Virus record (IMG/VR): IMGVR_UViG_3300012944_000025
Location: 1 to 64,000 of that record
Length of the DNA: 64,000 nt
Strand: one strand, 5' to 3'
DNA from: a virus
The notes beneath the pieces are model-generated. The model was not told where the DNA came from and searched no databases. It saw nothing but the letters and a program-made list of their open reading frames with translations. Shown piece by piece: positions 1 through 8,412 of this stretch. The translations under genes and the position numbers were made by a program. Numbering within the stretch: the first letter of the stretch is position 1; every line of letters starts with the position of its first letter.

Positions 1-202
1 CCGAGGCGGTGGCGCTGTTCGAGCGCGCCCGGCCGTCGCTGTAGAAGTCGCATCTGCGTTGGATCTCCCCGTAGTTCGTCTTCGCGAGCCCGTGCGTGAT
101 GCCCGTGTTGACGACGACGCCACGGGGAAATACGCGGCCCTCGTCATCCTCCTCGTCGGGAAACGCGACCAGGCACGCCATGCAGTCCACGCGGCTATCC
201 AT
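1..202 (-). CDS. DCMxC zinc-finger family protein, CxxC-first form (truncated by the window edge; not in the ORF track)
   Basis: Manual translation MDSRVDCMACLVAFPDEEDDEGRVFPRGVVVNTGITHGLAKTNYGEIQRRCDFY... Confidence 0.8.
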   Translation of the reverse strand, partial: MDSRVDCMACLVAFPDEEDDEGRVFPRGVVVNTGITHGLAKTNYGEIQRRCDFYSDGRARSNSATAS

Positions 203-665
203 CGCGCTCCGCCTCCGCCTCGTGTTTCTCCCATTCCCGACGCTGCCAGGCAATATGCTCCTCCTGATAGACCAAGAATCTTCGTGCCTCGGGCAGAAAC
301 GTCATCGTCTCCTCGGTCGGCGATTCGAGCCCCTCAAGCAGGCGGACGAGCCGCCTGGACACACGATGGATCACTTCGCCCGTCGTTGAGACACGAAAGC
401 CGCGCATCTGAGGCTTCTTGACCTTCTTAACCCTCGGTTGTTTCGGCGGAGCCTCCGCTGCCAAGCGCTGTTCCTCCACGACGATGTCGTGGTTGGTCTT
501 CTTGAGTCGAGCCTTGTCATTTGCGACGTCTGCGAGATGGGCCTCGCGCCGGGACCACTCCGCTTTGTCGTGGCACTTGCCCCACGTTTTGGCCTCCGTT
601 GCTCTGATTTCCAGGCGTGCTTGTAGTTCAGCTCTGAGCGCCTTGAGTCGTTCAAACTCTTCCAT
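195..665 (-). CDS. Hypothetical coiled-coil protein
   Basis: MEEFERLKALRAELQ...; stop overlaps the next gene's start. Confidence 0.6.
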   Translation of the reverse strand: MEEFERLKALRAELQARLEIRATEAKTWGKCHDKAEWSRREAHLADVANDKARLKKTNHDIVVEEQRLAAEAPPKQPRVKKVKKPQMRGFRVSTTGEVIHRVSRRLVRLLEGLESPTEETMTFLPEARRFLVYQEEHIAWQRREWEKHEAEAERDG

Positions 666-683
666 CGGTGCTAGCCTCTCTCG

Positions 684-842
684 ATGATTGCCATCGTTCC
701 ACTTCTCGTCGCAGTCGTCGGCTTGCTCATCCACGCACTCGCGTCGAACACCAAGCTCGCGGAGGTCGGCCGCGCGCTCATGTGGTGCGGCATCCTGGTG
801 ACCTTGTGGGTCATGGCCGGCCGCACGGTGAAGGTGTTTTAG
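684..842 (+). CDS. Small two-TM membrane protein (52 aa; below ORF-track cutoff)
   Basis: Manual translation MIAIVPLLVAVVGLLIHALASNTKLAEVGRALMWCGILVTLWVMAGRTVKVF*. Confidence 0.65.
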   Translation: MIAIVPLLVAVVGLLIHALASNTKLAEVGRALMWCGILVTLWVMAGRTVKVF

Positions 843-1048
843 TCGCGCGCGATCGCCACCAGGCACGTCATGCAGTCGACGCGCCCTCCATGCCTAGGCG
901 CGCCTCGAACCCATCGCAGCATCAGTCCGATGTGCACCCAGTTCTCCGGCTCACAACCGAGCCGCGCGACATAGCTCCCCCCGCCCTCCTCGATAACCGC
1001 GTGGGTGACGTCGTTGGGCGTGGTGAGCGTCATGCCGTACCACGGCAT
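839..1048 (-). CDS. DCMxC zinc-finger family protein
   Basis: DVTHAV...LGC...VDCMTCLV. Confidence 0.8.
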   Translation of the reverse strand: MPWYGMTLTTPNDVTHAVIEEGGGSYVARLGCEPENWVHIGLMLRWVRGAPRHGGRVDCMTCLVAIARD

Positions 1049-1362
1049 CAGGACGGCGCCGCGCCGTTGACGAACAGGCGCCAGAGCAGCAGGGTGGTCG
1101 AGTCGACGAAGCCGTCGTGGAGTTTCTTGCCGAACACGTCTCTGGTGCACGTGTCGTCGATCTGGAACTCCATGTAGGCCTGGTCGCCATTGATAGCCAG
1201 GGCTGCGAAGCGGCCGTTGGGGCCGTCGACGCGGAACCCCGGACACAAGACGCCCGGCGGTTCGACCCACAACGAGCCGCGCGTGATGACGCAGTCATCG
1301 GGCAGGGTGTGGCGAGCCCAGCGCATCACGTCCTTCAGAGGCTTGGGCAGGTTGTTATTCAT
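1048..1362 (-). CDS. Hypothetical protein
   Basis: MNNNLPKPLKD...; stop overlaps the next start. Confidence 0.55.
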   Translation of the reverse strand: MNNNLPKPLKDVMRWARHTLPDDCVITRGSLWVEPPGVLCPGFRVDGPNGRFAALAINGDQAYMEFQIDDTCTRDVFGKKLHDGFVDSTTLLLWRLFVNGAAPS

Positions 1363-1378
1363 GTTTACCTCGTAAACT
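1362..1378. promoter_or_regulatory. 17-bp palindromic operator-like site
   Basis: TGTTTA-CCTCG-TAAACT, overlapping a start codon. Confidence 0.55.
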
Positions 1379-1453
1379 TGTTCTGATGCACCAGGCAGGT
1401 CATGTTTCTCCCCGCCGGGCATTCCCGAGGACTCCCTCGAAAGGTGCCCGGGG

Positions 1454-1654
1454 CTACCTGGGAACCCGCTTAGTCCCGTCCGCAACAAGCCACCCGAAGC
1501 CATCCCACGCGAGCGTACACAGGGTGACGTGCATCTCACCGGCGAGCCAAAGCAGCGTGGCATGTGTGGTTCCCCTGCTGTCTCGGTAGGCACCCTCGCA
1601 TGGTAGGCCTTGGGCCTCGCGAACCAAGCATGTCATGCAGTCGATGTCGCTCAT
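1454..1654 (-). CDS. DCMxC zinc-finger family protein, CxxC-first form
   Basis: MSDIDCMTCLV...GTTHA...TLC. Confidence 0.85.
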   Translation of the reverse strand: MSDIDCMTCLVREAQGLPCEGAYRDSRGTTHATLLWLAGEMHVTLCTLAWDGFGWLVADGTKRVPR

Positions 1655-1884
1655 CGGGGAACCGATCTGACCTCGTGGAGGGGTATCCCGCCTAGCCTCA
1701 CGTGCTGTGCGAGCGAGCAGGCCAGCACGCGAGCATCACGGTAGTCGACCGTGTAGTCCCCGACCTCCTGGCGCCGTATGATCAGGGTGCCATGCGTGAT
1801 GTGGTCGTAGTCCTGGTAGGTGGCGGAGCTGGGCATGCCCTGCCCCATTGCCACCAGGCAGGACATGCAGTCGACGTCGCTCAT
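1651..1884 (-). CDS. DCMxC zinc-finger family protein, CxxC-first form
   Basis: MSDVDCMSCLV...HITHG...LAC; ATGA overlaps at both ends. Confidence 0.85.
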   Translation of the reverse strand: MSDVDCMSCLVAMGQGMPSSATYQDYDHITHGTLIIRRQEVGDYTVDYRDARVLACSLAQHVRLGGIPLHEVRSVPR

Positions 1885-2078
1885 CGCGGTACCCAGGTCG
1901 CCCCTGCGGTGCTCCACAGCTCCCGGTTGCGAGAGTCCCGGCGCATGGTGCACGCGAGCGCCGCTCTCGTCGGCGTGCGTAGTGTGGCGTGGGTGATCCC
2001 GTCGTCCCCGCGGTGAGTGCCGCCGGCGGGTACGCCTCGGGACAGCGCCACCAGGCAGGCCATGCAGTCGACGGTCAT
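1881..2078 (-). CDS. DCMxC zinc-finger family protein, CxxC-first form
   Basis: MTVDCMACLV...GITHA...LAC. Confidence 0.85.
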   Translation of the reverse strand: MTVDCMACLVALSRGVPAGGTHRGDDGITHATLRTPTRAALACTMRRDSRNRELWSTAGATWVPR

Positions 2079-2281
2079 TACCGCACCAACACGACACACC
2101 GCGTTGTCCAACCGGTTTGACCGTTTAGCTCGTACGTTCGTAGGCTGCAGGTGATGAAGTGGCTGGCTGTCCATGAGACTGTAGATACCGCGTGCACGAT
2201 GCCACCTCTCGAAGTTGTTGAGACGGCCTCTGGTGCGCCACGTCCCAGGTTGACCAAGCACGTCATGCAGTCGATGGTCAT
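2078..2281 (-). CDS. DCMxC zinc-finger family protein, CxxC-first form
   Basis: MTIDCMTCLV...GIVHA...ITC. Confidence 0.85.
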   Translation of the reverse strand: MTIDCMTCLVNLGRGAPEAVSTTSRGGIVHAVSTVSWTASHFITCSLRTYELNGQTGWTTRCVVLVR

Positions 2282-2583
2282 GGTCCGTACCTCACGGGAA
2301 ACTTCATCGGCTTCTTGGCGAGCTTGCGGAAGGCCATCTTGAAGCGCGCCCAAGACACAGAGGGCCGCGGTGCCTGCCGTGGCCGCAGCCCGCGCATCGC
2401 GCGAATCACCGCGTCGTACCAGAACATGCGGAAGTTGATCTTCCGGTCGAATCGGCACGTCAGTCGTTCCTGGCCCAGCCAGTCCGCGTACGTTGCGTGC
2501 GTGATGGCGCCGAGGATGAGGACGGGGCCATCGGCGGCGCGCATTTGCGCCTCGGCCACCAGGCAGGCCATGCAGTCGATCAT
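2278..2583 (-). CDS. DCMxC zinc-finger family protein, CxxC-first form
   Basis: MIDCMACLV...AITHA...LTC plus a basic tail. Confidence 0.85.
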   Translation of the reverse strand: MIDCMACLVAEAQMRAADGPVLILGAITHATYADWLGQERLTCRFDRKINFRMFWYDAVIRAMRGLRPRQAPRPSVSWARFKMAFRKLAKKPMKFPVRYGP

Positions 2584-2804
2584 AGGCTAGCTCCCTTCCT
2601 CAACCGCCAGCGCAGGATTCTACCGCTCCCGCGGACGGGCTCGTATCGACACGCGGCCCGAATGATGCCGGGGCCCATCTCGTACATGGCTGCATGGCTG
2701 ACGCCCTTGTGCTTGATTCGATCGAGCATCACCGAGGTGTCGTAGTCGTCATCGAGCCCTCGCGCCAGGTTGACCAGGCACGTCATGCAGTCGACGTCCG
2801 TCAT
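2580..2804 (-). CDS. DCMxC zinc-finger family protein, CxxC-first form
   Basis: MTDVDCMTCLV...GVSHA...AAC. Confidence 0.85.
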   Translation of the reverse strand: MTDVDCMTCLVNLARGLDDDYDTSVMLDRIKHKGVSHAAMYEMGPGIIRAACRYEPVRGSGRILRWRLRKGASL

Positions 2805-3043
2805 TGGTCCCTCAAGGCCCAGTACGACAGATGGCCCTTAAAGAACATCCAGCGCACGGCAATCTTGCTCCACGCGAAGACGTGAGCCGGAAGGCCGACG
2901 AAGTTGTCGGGGTCGCCAGGCAGGACGCTGGCGGTCACGGCGAGAGTCACGGCGCAGATGACGTGCCCGTGCACCATGGTTCTGCCGTCGGTCGGGCAGC
3001 CGCTCGCGAGCTTGACGAGACAGGACATGCAGTCGACACTCAT
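2801..3043 (-). CDS. DCMxC family protein, ligand-swapped variant (CxxC..C..H)
   Basis: MSVDCMSCLVKLASGCPTDG...HVICAV...LPAHVF. Confidence 0.8.
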   Translation of the reverse strand: MSVDCMSCLVKLASGCPTDGRTMVHGHVICAVTLAVTASVLPGDPDNFVGLPAHVFAWSKIAVRWMFFKGHLSYWALRDQ

Positions 3044-3267
3044 GACCACACGCCGCCGCGGAGAACGAGCAGGTTTCGCCTTCCGTCTCTTGGAGATCCG
3101 CCCCAGCCCCCGCCTGCTCTCTTCATCCAACACGCCAACAGTCCCTTGTCCGCGTGGACGGTGAAGATCGCATGCGTGATTTGACCTTCGTCAGTGAGCC
3201 GCTCACCGGAGTCGTTGAGTCCCGTGGCAAGCGAGGTCAGGCACGTCATGCAGTCGACATCCGTCAC
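3040..3267 (-). CDS. DCMxC zinc-finger family protein, CxxC-first form
   Basis: GTG start; TDVDCMTCLT...QITHA...LAC. Confidence 0.8.
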   Translation of the reverse strand: MTDVDCMTCLTSLATGLNDSGERLTDEGQITHAIFTVHADKGLLACWMKRAGGGWGGSPRDGRRNLLVLRGGVWS

Positions 3268-3515
3268 TGATTCCTCCGGGCCTTGCGAGGCACCCAATGC
3301 TCGAAAGACATCCATTGACCCAGGGTATTGCTATACGTAAAGACGTGTGCGGGCAAGACAATCAGACTGTCCGAGTCGTGCTGTGTGTCGGTTAGAACCG
3401 TGGCGCATACGATCCGCCCACGCATCATCGAGCCGCCGTTGGTCGGGCAACCTCGAGCGAGCTTGACGAGGCAGGACATGCAGTCGATGCCGTTCGCTAG
3501 GCGGTTCTCGGCCAC
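3264..3515 (-). CDS. DCMxC family protein, ligand-swapped variant (paralog of 2801-3043)
   Basis: IDCMSCLVKLARGCPTNG...RIVCAT...LPAHVF; start approximate. Confidence 0.75.
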   Translation of the reverse strand: MAENRLANGIDCMSCLVKLARGCPTNGGSMMRGRIVCATVLTDTQHDSDSLIVLPAHVFTYSNTLGQWMSFEHWVPRKARRNQ

Positions 3516-4075
3516 GTCGGAAAGCCCTCGAGAATCTTGCCGTCCTGGCACAACACGATCCGGCTCTTGCCCTCGCCCCACCTGGACTGCATCAGGGCCC
3601 TCACGTCGTCAGGGAAGTCGTCGTATCGAGGCGGCGCGGACCAGTGATGCTTGAGCTTGGGCCGGTGAATCGCGACGCCACCATCGTCGAGCAGGTACAC
3701 GCGGTGCCCGAGCCCTGCGTGGTTCGCTGAGTCGCGGAGGAAGGCCTCGCTCGCCGGGGTGACGTGGCTGACCGAGACGCGGAAGTCCCCATACCTCTCC
3801 TCGCCCTTGGTCAACTCCTGATCCCTGTCGCTCATGCGACGCACGATCGAGCCCCACCGCCCGCCGAGTTCTCCCTTGGTCATCAGGTTGTTGACATGTC
3901 GAAGGCGATCTGTCTCGCCTGCACTCGACACGAAGGCCTTGAGCCAGGGTTTGATGCCCTCCGTGGGAACGGCTTCCAAGGTCTCGACTATCTTGGCCGC
4001 GACCTCGACGTCGGACGCCTCGCTGTTCAACAACAAGATCATGTCGTTCACGCTCTCGGTTTCGTTTTGCGTCAT
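3497..4075 (-). CDS. Hypothetical protein
   Basis: 192-aa ORF with upstream AAGGAG. Confidence 0.7.
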   Translation of the reverse strand: MTQNETESVNDMILLLNSEASDVEVAAKIVETLEAVPTEGIKPWLKAFVSSAGETDRLRHVNNLMTKGELGGRWGSIVRRMSDRDQELTKGEERYGDFRVSVSHVTPASEAFLRDSANHAGLGHRVYLLDDGGVAIHRPKLKHHWSAPPRYDDFPDDVRALMQSRWGEGKSRIVLCQDGKILEGFPTWPRTA

Positions 4076-4097
4076 GTCCGTGTCTCCTTGTCTGCGT

Positions 4098-4271
4098 CTA
4101 TTCTCGCGCCATCAGGACCAGGCAGGTCATGCAGTCGACGGGGGCGTTGGTCACCGTAAAGTGCAAGCGCACGCGGTCCTCAGGCGTCATTCGTAAGCCG
4201 CACAGAGTCGCCAACCACAGTACGTACGGGTTCTCGTGGTGAACGATTGTATCCAAGCTTAGATGCCTCAT
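4098..4271 (-). CDS. DCMxC zinc-finger family protein
   Basis: TIVHH...TLCG...VDCMTCLV. Confidence 0.8.
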   Translation of the reverse strand: MRHLSLDTIVHHENPYVLWLATLCGLRMTPEDRVRLHFTVTNAPVDCMTCLVLMARE

Positions 4272-4501
4272 TACAGCTCTGCCTCGCGGACCAGGCAGAT
4301 CATGCAGTCGACTGGACCCTCGGTCCTCCTGCTCCGAGGGTCTCCCTTGGGCACGAGGCCCTCTGCCTCGAGCGGATGCTCGCGCTCGACGAACCAGACC
4401 CGGCAGAGCGTGTGGGACATCCAAGCCGCCGTCCGATGCCTCTCGAGCCCCAGGACCATCTTGCGATGCGTGACGACGTCGCCGTCGATGACGACGTTCA
4501 C
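4271..4501 (-). CDS. DCMxC zinc-finger family protein
   Basis: VVTHR...TLCR...VDCMICLV. Confidence 0.8.
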   Translation of the reverse strand: MNVVIDGDVVTHRKMVLGLERHRTAAWMSHTLCRVWFVEREHPLEAEGLVPKGDPRSRRTEGPVDCMICLVREAEL

Positions 4502-4779
4502 GACCTCGCCTCCAGCACCAGGCAGGTCATGCAGTCGACCTCGACCTCGGTCGGCATCCCTTGCGGGAACGTCGGCGGGATCATGAGGTTGGGTACCCAG
4601 CGGATGCCGCACAGGGTGCGCGGCAGGCCCGTCCGGCCGTCGTGCCCGTGGGTGACCTCGCCGATCCGGACACGGAGCTTGCCCTGGCAGGCCAGGAGGA
4701 TTCGGTCGTAGGAGGGATCGAGGCCGGCGAGCTGGCGCTGCTGCTCCCGGATCTCCTGCAGCGTCGCCCGGCGCGTCAC
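4498..4779 (-). CDS. DCMxC zinc-finger family protein
   Basis: VRIGEVTHG...TLCG...VDCMTCLV. Confidence 0.8.
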   Translation of the reverse strand: MTRRATLQEIREQQRQLAGLDPSYDRILLACQGKLRVRIGEVTHGHDGRTGLPRTLCGIRWVPNLMIPPTFPQGMPTEVEVDCMTCLVLEARS

Positions 4780-5018
4780 GATCGCCCCGCTTTCACGAGA
4801 CACGACATGCAGTCGACGTCCCTCGACGTCCGCGTGGCCAGCTCGACGGGCCACAGCCTCCGGTGCTCCTTGTGCGTGTAGGAGATGCCGCATAGCGTCT
4901 GCGCCTTCACGTACCCGTTGTTGTACGCGTGGGTGATCACGCCGATGCGGACCTGGTTGCGGAACTTGCGGTGCTTGCGCAGCGGCACGCCGAGCGCGCG
5001 GACTCGCTCGTTCCTCAT
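4776..5018 (-). CDS. DCMxC zinc-finger family protein
   Basis: VRIGVITHA...TLCG...VDCMSCLV. Confidence 0.8.
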   Translation of the reverse strand: MRNERVRALGVPLRKHRKFRNQVRIGVITHAYNNGYVKAQTLCGISYTHKEHRRLWPVELATRTSRDVDCMSCLVKAGRS

Positions 5019-5299
5019 GGCACCGCCCACATGCACATGCGCATGGTGCACTCGATCATCTCGCCTTCCGACGCTCGAGACGTCCTGCGGATCGCGCAGC
5101 CCATGCAGTCCACGTCGTCGGTGGTCTCCACGGCCATGCTCCTCAGGGCACGGGCACCGCACTCGAACAGAGCCTCTTCAAACATCTCGCCGCGGCGCGT
5201 GTACTCCACCACGCGGTGAACCATAGCGTCCCCGGCCCTGACGGCGGGAGGATCGGCTGGCATCATGCTCCAGTAAATCTCGCTGCCGATAGGCTTCAT
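5015..5299 (-). CDS. DCMxC zinc-finger family protein
   Basis: AMVHR...FECG...VDCMGCAI. Confidence 0.8.
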   Translation of the reverse strand: MKPIGSEIYWSMMPADPPAVRAGDAMVHRVVEYTRRGEMFEEALFECGARALRSMAVETTDDVDCMGCAIRRTSRASEGEMIECTMRMCMWAVP

Positions 5300-5550
5300 A
5301 TGTTCGGTCCCTTCTTGATCGAGCCTACCAACGTGACGGCGGGCTCGCGCCCCTCGACGAAGAGCCACTCGGGCTTCACCAGGCAGGTCATGCAGTCGAC
5401 GTCTGCGTCGGATTGATGGCCCATTGGCCGGTCGCCCATGTCGCCGATCACGTACTGGCCGTTGCGAACGTACTGGATCCCGCATCGCGTGATCTGGCGC
5501 GTGCTGTACCGGGCGTGTGTGATGCCGGTGCTCGAGATGCAGACATTCAT
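5296..5550 (-). CDS. DCMxC zinc-finger family protein
   Basis: STGITHA...TRCG...VDCMTCLV. Confidence 0.85.
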   Translation of the reverse strand: MNVCISSTGITHARYSTRQITRCGIQYVRNGQYVIGDMGDRPMGHQSDADVDCMTCLVKPEWLFVEGREPAVTLVGSIKKGPNI

Positions 5551-5777
5551 GGCTCTCCCACCGAAATTAGGGTGTTGGTGTCGATGAATATGGCCCCTTT
5601 GCGCATCTCGTCGTTGCCTTCCCCGGACTGGAAGTCGCATAGCCGGTAGCACCCGCCACGCACGCGCCATCGCACGCGGTGGACGATGCCGGTGCCGGGG
5701 TCCCGCCAGCCGATGGGCGTGGTCACGCCGGTCACCAGGCAGGCCATGCAGTCGACGTCGACGGGCTTCGCGCTCAT
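5547..5777 (-). CDS. DCMxC zinc-finger family protein, CxxC-first form
   Basis: MSAKPVDVDCMACLV...GIVHR...RLCD. Confidence 0.8.
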   Translation of the reverse strand: MSAKPVDVDCMACLVTGVTTPIGWRDPGTGIVHRVRWRVRGGCYRLCDFQSGEGNDEMRKGAIFIDTNTLISVGEP

Positions 5778-5778
5778 G

Positions 5779-5795
5779 TTCTTATCCTATAAGCA
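5779..5795. promoter_or_regulatory. 17-bp palindromic operator-like site
   Basis: TTCTTA-TCCTA-TAAGCA between divergent genes. Confidence 0.55.
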
Positions 5796-5810
5796 TGTTA
5801 CCCTGGTCTC

Positions 5811-6218
5811 ATGTTCAACCAGGTGATGATCGAGGCCGTGGCCATTCAAATGCGCGAGCGCCTGGGCCTCGAACCCTGGGAGCCGTTCGCGGCCAGGGCC
5901 CGCGTCAGGCTCCGTGCGTACGGCAACCCCCTCGAGCGTGATCCGGATAGAGGCACCGGCAGGTCGACGCGGGAGGCGTTGCGAGCGCTGGCGGAGTGCC
6001 GGGTGCGAAGCATCGGGACCATTCATGCAATGGGCGATCGGCACGACTTCCGGCGCGTCCGCGACTTGGCCTTCGGTCTCAACCTGCTCGTCCGCGTCGT
6101 CAACGGCGATCCGGATCATCTTCGGGGAACAGCTGGAGGAGTCCTGGTTCACTGGGACCATCACGCGGCGAGCATGGAGCGGAAGAGGCGACTTCAATCT
6201 CCCCACACGGGTTGGTGA
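5811..6218 (+). CDS. Hypothetical protein (plus-strand insertion)
   Basis: 135-aa ORF diverging from an AT-rich junction; 3' end overlaps a minus-strand gene. Confidence 0.5.
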   Translation: MFNQVMIEAVAIQMRERLGLEPWEPFAARARVRLRAYGNPLERDPDRGTGRSTREALRALAECRVRSIGTIHAMGDRHDFRRVRDLAFGLNLLVRVVNGDPDHLRGTAGGVLVHWDHHAASMERKRRLQSPHTGW

Positions 6219-6441
6219 ACGCGAACGCGATGGGGTCCGGCCGGCGCGCCAGGCGAATCAGGCACGTCATGCAGTCGACAGGGTCGTCGACTACCTCGAC
6301 GATCTCCTTCGCGCGTCTGCTCGGGTCGTTCTTCCAGACGGTCCGAATACCGCAGGCGGTGTACGCGCGCAGCTCGTAGTTGAGGTCGACGTCGTTCGCG
6401 GAGTGCGTGAGGGCGTCGCCCATGAGGCGGACGTTGCTCAC
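6100..6441 (-). CDS. DCMxC zinc-finger family protein
   Basis: VRLMGDALTHS...YTACG...VDCMTCLI. Confidence 0.8.
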   Translation of the reverse strand: MSNVRLMGDALTHSANDVDLNYELRAYTACGIRTVWKNDPSRRAKEIVEVVDDPVDCMTCLIRLARRPDPIAFAFTNPCGEIEVASSAPCSPRDGPSEPGLLQLFPEDDPDRR

Positions 6442-6447
6442 GGTCCT

Positions 6448-6627
6448 TCACGACCGCCATTGGCGAGCCAGCCACAGCGCATCCACGATAGGCCACGCGA
6501 ACGCGAATACGGCGACTTCCTCAGGGTCATGGAAACGTTTACGCACGTGCCGGATGACGCCGATCGCAGCCAGATGAATGAGAGCGATCAAGCAATAGAC
6601 TACGCCGATGGCGGATTCTAGGTTCAT
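6448..6627 (-). CDS. Small membrane protein
   Basis: MNLESAIGVVYCLIALIHLAAIGVI...; two hydrophobic segments. Confidence 0.55.
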   Translation of the reverse strand: MNLESAIGVVYCLIALIHLAAIGVIRHVRKRFHDPEEVAVFAFAWPIVDALWLARQWRS

Positions 6628-6956
6628 AGCTTGTGGTAGTTGCACGGGTCTTCCGCATAGCAGCACTCGGTGATGTGATCGTAGGGCGGCCCGAACTTCT
6701 GCATCATCCAGCAGATATCACCGAAGTGGTTGAGGCTTGGTTTGCTCGTCCGGAGAGGAACCTCGAAGACCTCGGCCCGCGTCAGGCAGGTCATGCAGCT
6801 GACCGGCTCGTCAACTTTTGCGGCGTCGTCTTGAAATTCGATGCCGCACCGGGTCCTGCACAGCAGCGTGGACCACAGCGCGAGGTGCACCATGGCTCCG
6901 CTGCTCCGTAGCGTGGTCGGGGCGCTTTCGCCTTGGAGCCGGGGGACCCGCGTCAC
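6624..6956 (-). CDS. DCMxC zinc-finger family protein
   Basis: AMVHL...TRCG...VSCMTCLT. Confidence 0.8.
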   Translation of the reverse strand: MTRVPRLQGESAPTTLRSSGAMVHLALWSTLLCRTRCGIEFQDDAAKVDEPVSCMTCLTRAEVFEVPLRTSKPSLNHFGDICWMMQKFGPPYDHITECCYAEDPCNYHKL

Positions 6957-7231
6957 AGGTAGCCCAGCCGCTTAGCGACGCGCTCGATCTCGTCTCTGGC
7001 CTCCTCCGGGGTAGCGCCGCGGTCCAGACAGGCCGTGACGATCTCGATCATCTTTCGCGCCCAATTTCGACCTTCTTGATTGCTGTAGATCAGCCACGAA
7101 ACCATTGTTTCGTGGAACGCCTTCTCGAATCGGTCCTTGACGTCTTTCGACAACAGGTCCGCGATCGCGGTTGAGGCACCGTATGCAATCGCCGCGCCCT
7201 CACCGTATACATCGTGCTTGATTTCGATCAT
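6953..7231 (-). CDS. Hypothetical protein
   Basis: 92-aa ORF with 4-nt overlaps on both sides. Confidence 0.65.
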   Translation of the reverse strand: MIEIKHDVYGEGAAIAYGASTAIADLLSKDVKDRFEKAFHETMVSWLIYSNQEGRNWARKMIEIVTACLDRGATPEEARDEIERVAKRLGYL

Positions 7232-7554
7232 TTGATTTTCATCTCCTCGCTCACGAAGTTGATCTTGTTGACCGCGGCAACGTTGGCTACCGACACGCCG
7301 ATGCTCTGGCAGGAGTTGAAGATCACCTTACGCAAAGGACGCACCAGGCACGTCATGCAGTCGCACTCGTCCTCGACGACCACGGCGACGACGCAAGCGT
7401 TGGTCCGCTGGTCTTCTGCTCGCCATGCGAAGTCAGCCACGCACTCCGTGTAGCCGCCTACGTCGTCCGCCCAGACCACGTTGTGCGTCAGCACGTCGCC
7501 CGCCAGGCGCACGCGGCGGTCTTCCGATGTCCCGCCGATACGACTGATGTTCAC
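7228..7554 (-). CDS. DCMxC zinc-finger family protein
   Basis: VRLAGDVLTHN...YTEC...CDCMTCLV. Confidence 0.8.
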   Translation of the reverse strand: MNISRIGGTSEDRRVRLAGDVLTHNVVWADDVGGYTECVADFAWRAEDQRTNACVVAVVVEDECDCMTCLVRPLRKVIFNSCQSIGVSVANVAAVNKINFVSEEMKIK

Positions 7555-7808
7555 GGGTCAAACTCCAGCGTGTATAGTCCCGGCAGCGTCATGGTAAAAT
7601 TGACGGTGATCCTGTCGGCCGCGCCGCGCATCTCCTGGACCAGGCAGCTCATGCAGTCCACGGGGTCGGTGGATTCCGTGCCCCCGATGATGCGATAGAC
7701 CGCGGGCCACGGGACGACTTCGGTGCTGTACAAGATGCCGCACGTGGTGATGCCACCGATAGTGTCCGCGTGCGTGATCATGCCGGTGCTCTCGATGCGC
7801 ACGCTCAT
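7551..7808 (-). CDS. DCMxC zinc-finger family protein
   Basis: GMITHA...TTCG...VDCMSCLV. Confidence 0.85.
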   Translation of the reverse strand: MSVRIESTGMITHADTIGGITTCGILYSTEVVPWPAVYRIIGGTESTDPVDCMSCLVQEMRGAADRITVNFTMTLPGLYTLEFDP

Positions 7809-8029
7809 CGCGGCCTCGACACCGAGACCAAGCAGGTCATGCACGTGGCGACGTCGTCGGTGTCCTCAGGGAGCGACATGACCGCGGGGCTCCACCACAA
7901 GGTGAGGTGCTTCCATCGCGCGGTGATGCCGCACTCGGTGATCAGTTCGCTAGGGCGGGTGGTGATTCCCCACGCCACGATGTGCACGATGCCGCGGCAG
8001 TCGACTGTGAGTTCCATCGGCTGCGTCAC
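7805..8029 (-). CDS. DCMxC zinc-finger family protein
   Basis: GIVHI...TECG...ATCMTCLV. Confidence 0.8.
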   Translation of the reverse strand: MTQPMELTVDCRGIVHIVAWGITTRPSELITECGITARWKHLTLWWSPAVMSLPEDTDDVATCMTCLVSVSRPR

Positions 8030-8412
8030 CGCCGACCTTGCATGGCCTTGCCCATCGCTACATGGAACGCCTTGGCCGCTGGCCATTCGAGCAGCGCACC
8101 CTCGTTGACCTTGCCAATGTTCCGTTCGCGATCTGGACTCTCGTCCTTGAGGGATATCCACAAGCCTCGCGCACGTCCGTCGGACATCAAGCGAACGTGC
8201 ATGTCGTATATCGTAACCGCGCATGTTTTGTCGAGGATGATCGATGGGTTCGGCACGTTAACGCCTGTGGCCTCGAGCATCCGTCGGCGAAGATCGTCGT
8301 CCAGTTTTTCCTGCAACCAGCGGTCGAGAAGGACGTCGGGCTCGACGTTCTCGCGTTCGGCGACCCTGGCTAGGCTCGCCAAAGTTCGTGACGTGATGTC
8401 AATCAGCGGCAT
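8026..8412 (-). CDS. Hypothetical protein
   Basis: 128-aa ORF in the coupled minus-strand run. Confidence 0.6.
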   Translation of the reverse strand: MPLIDITSRTLASLARVAERENVEPDVLLDRWLQEKLDDDLRRRMLEATGVNVPNPSIILDKTCAVTIYDMHVRLMSDGRARGLWISLKDESPDRERNIGKVNEGALLEWPAAKAFHVAMGKAMQGRR

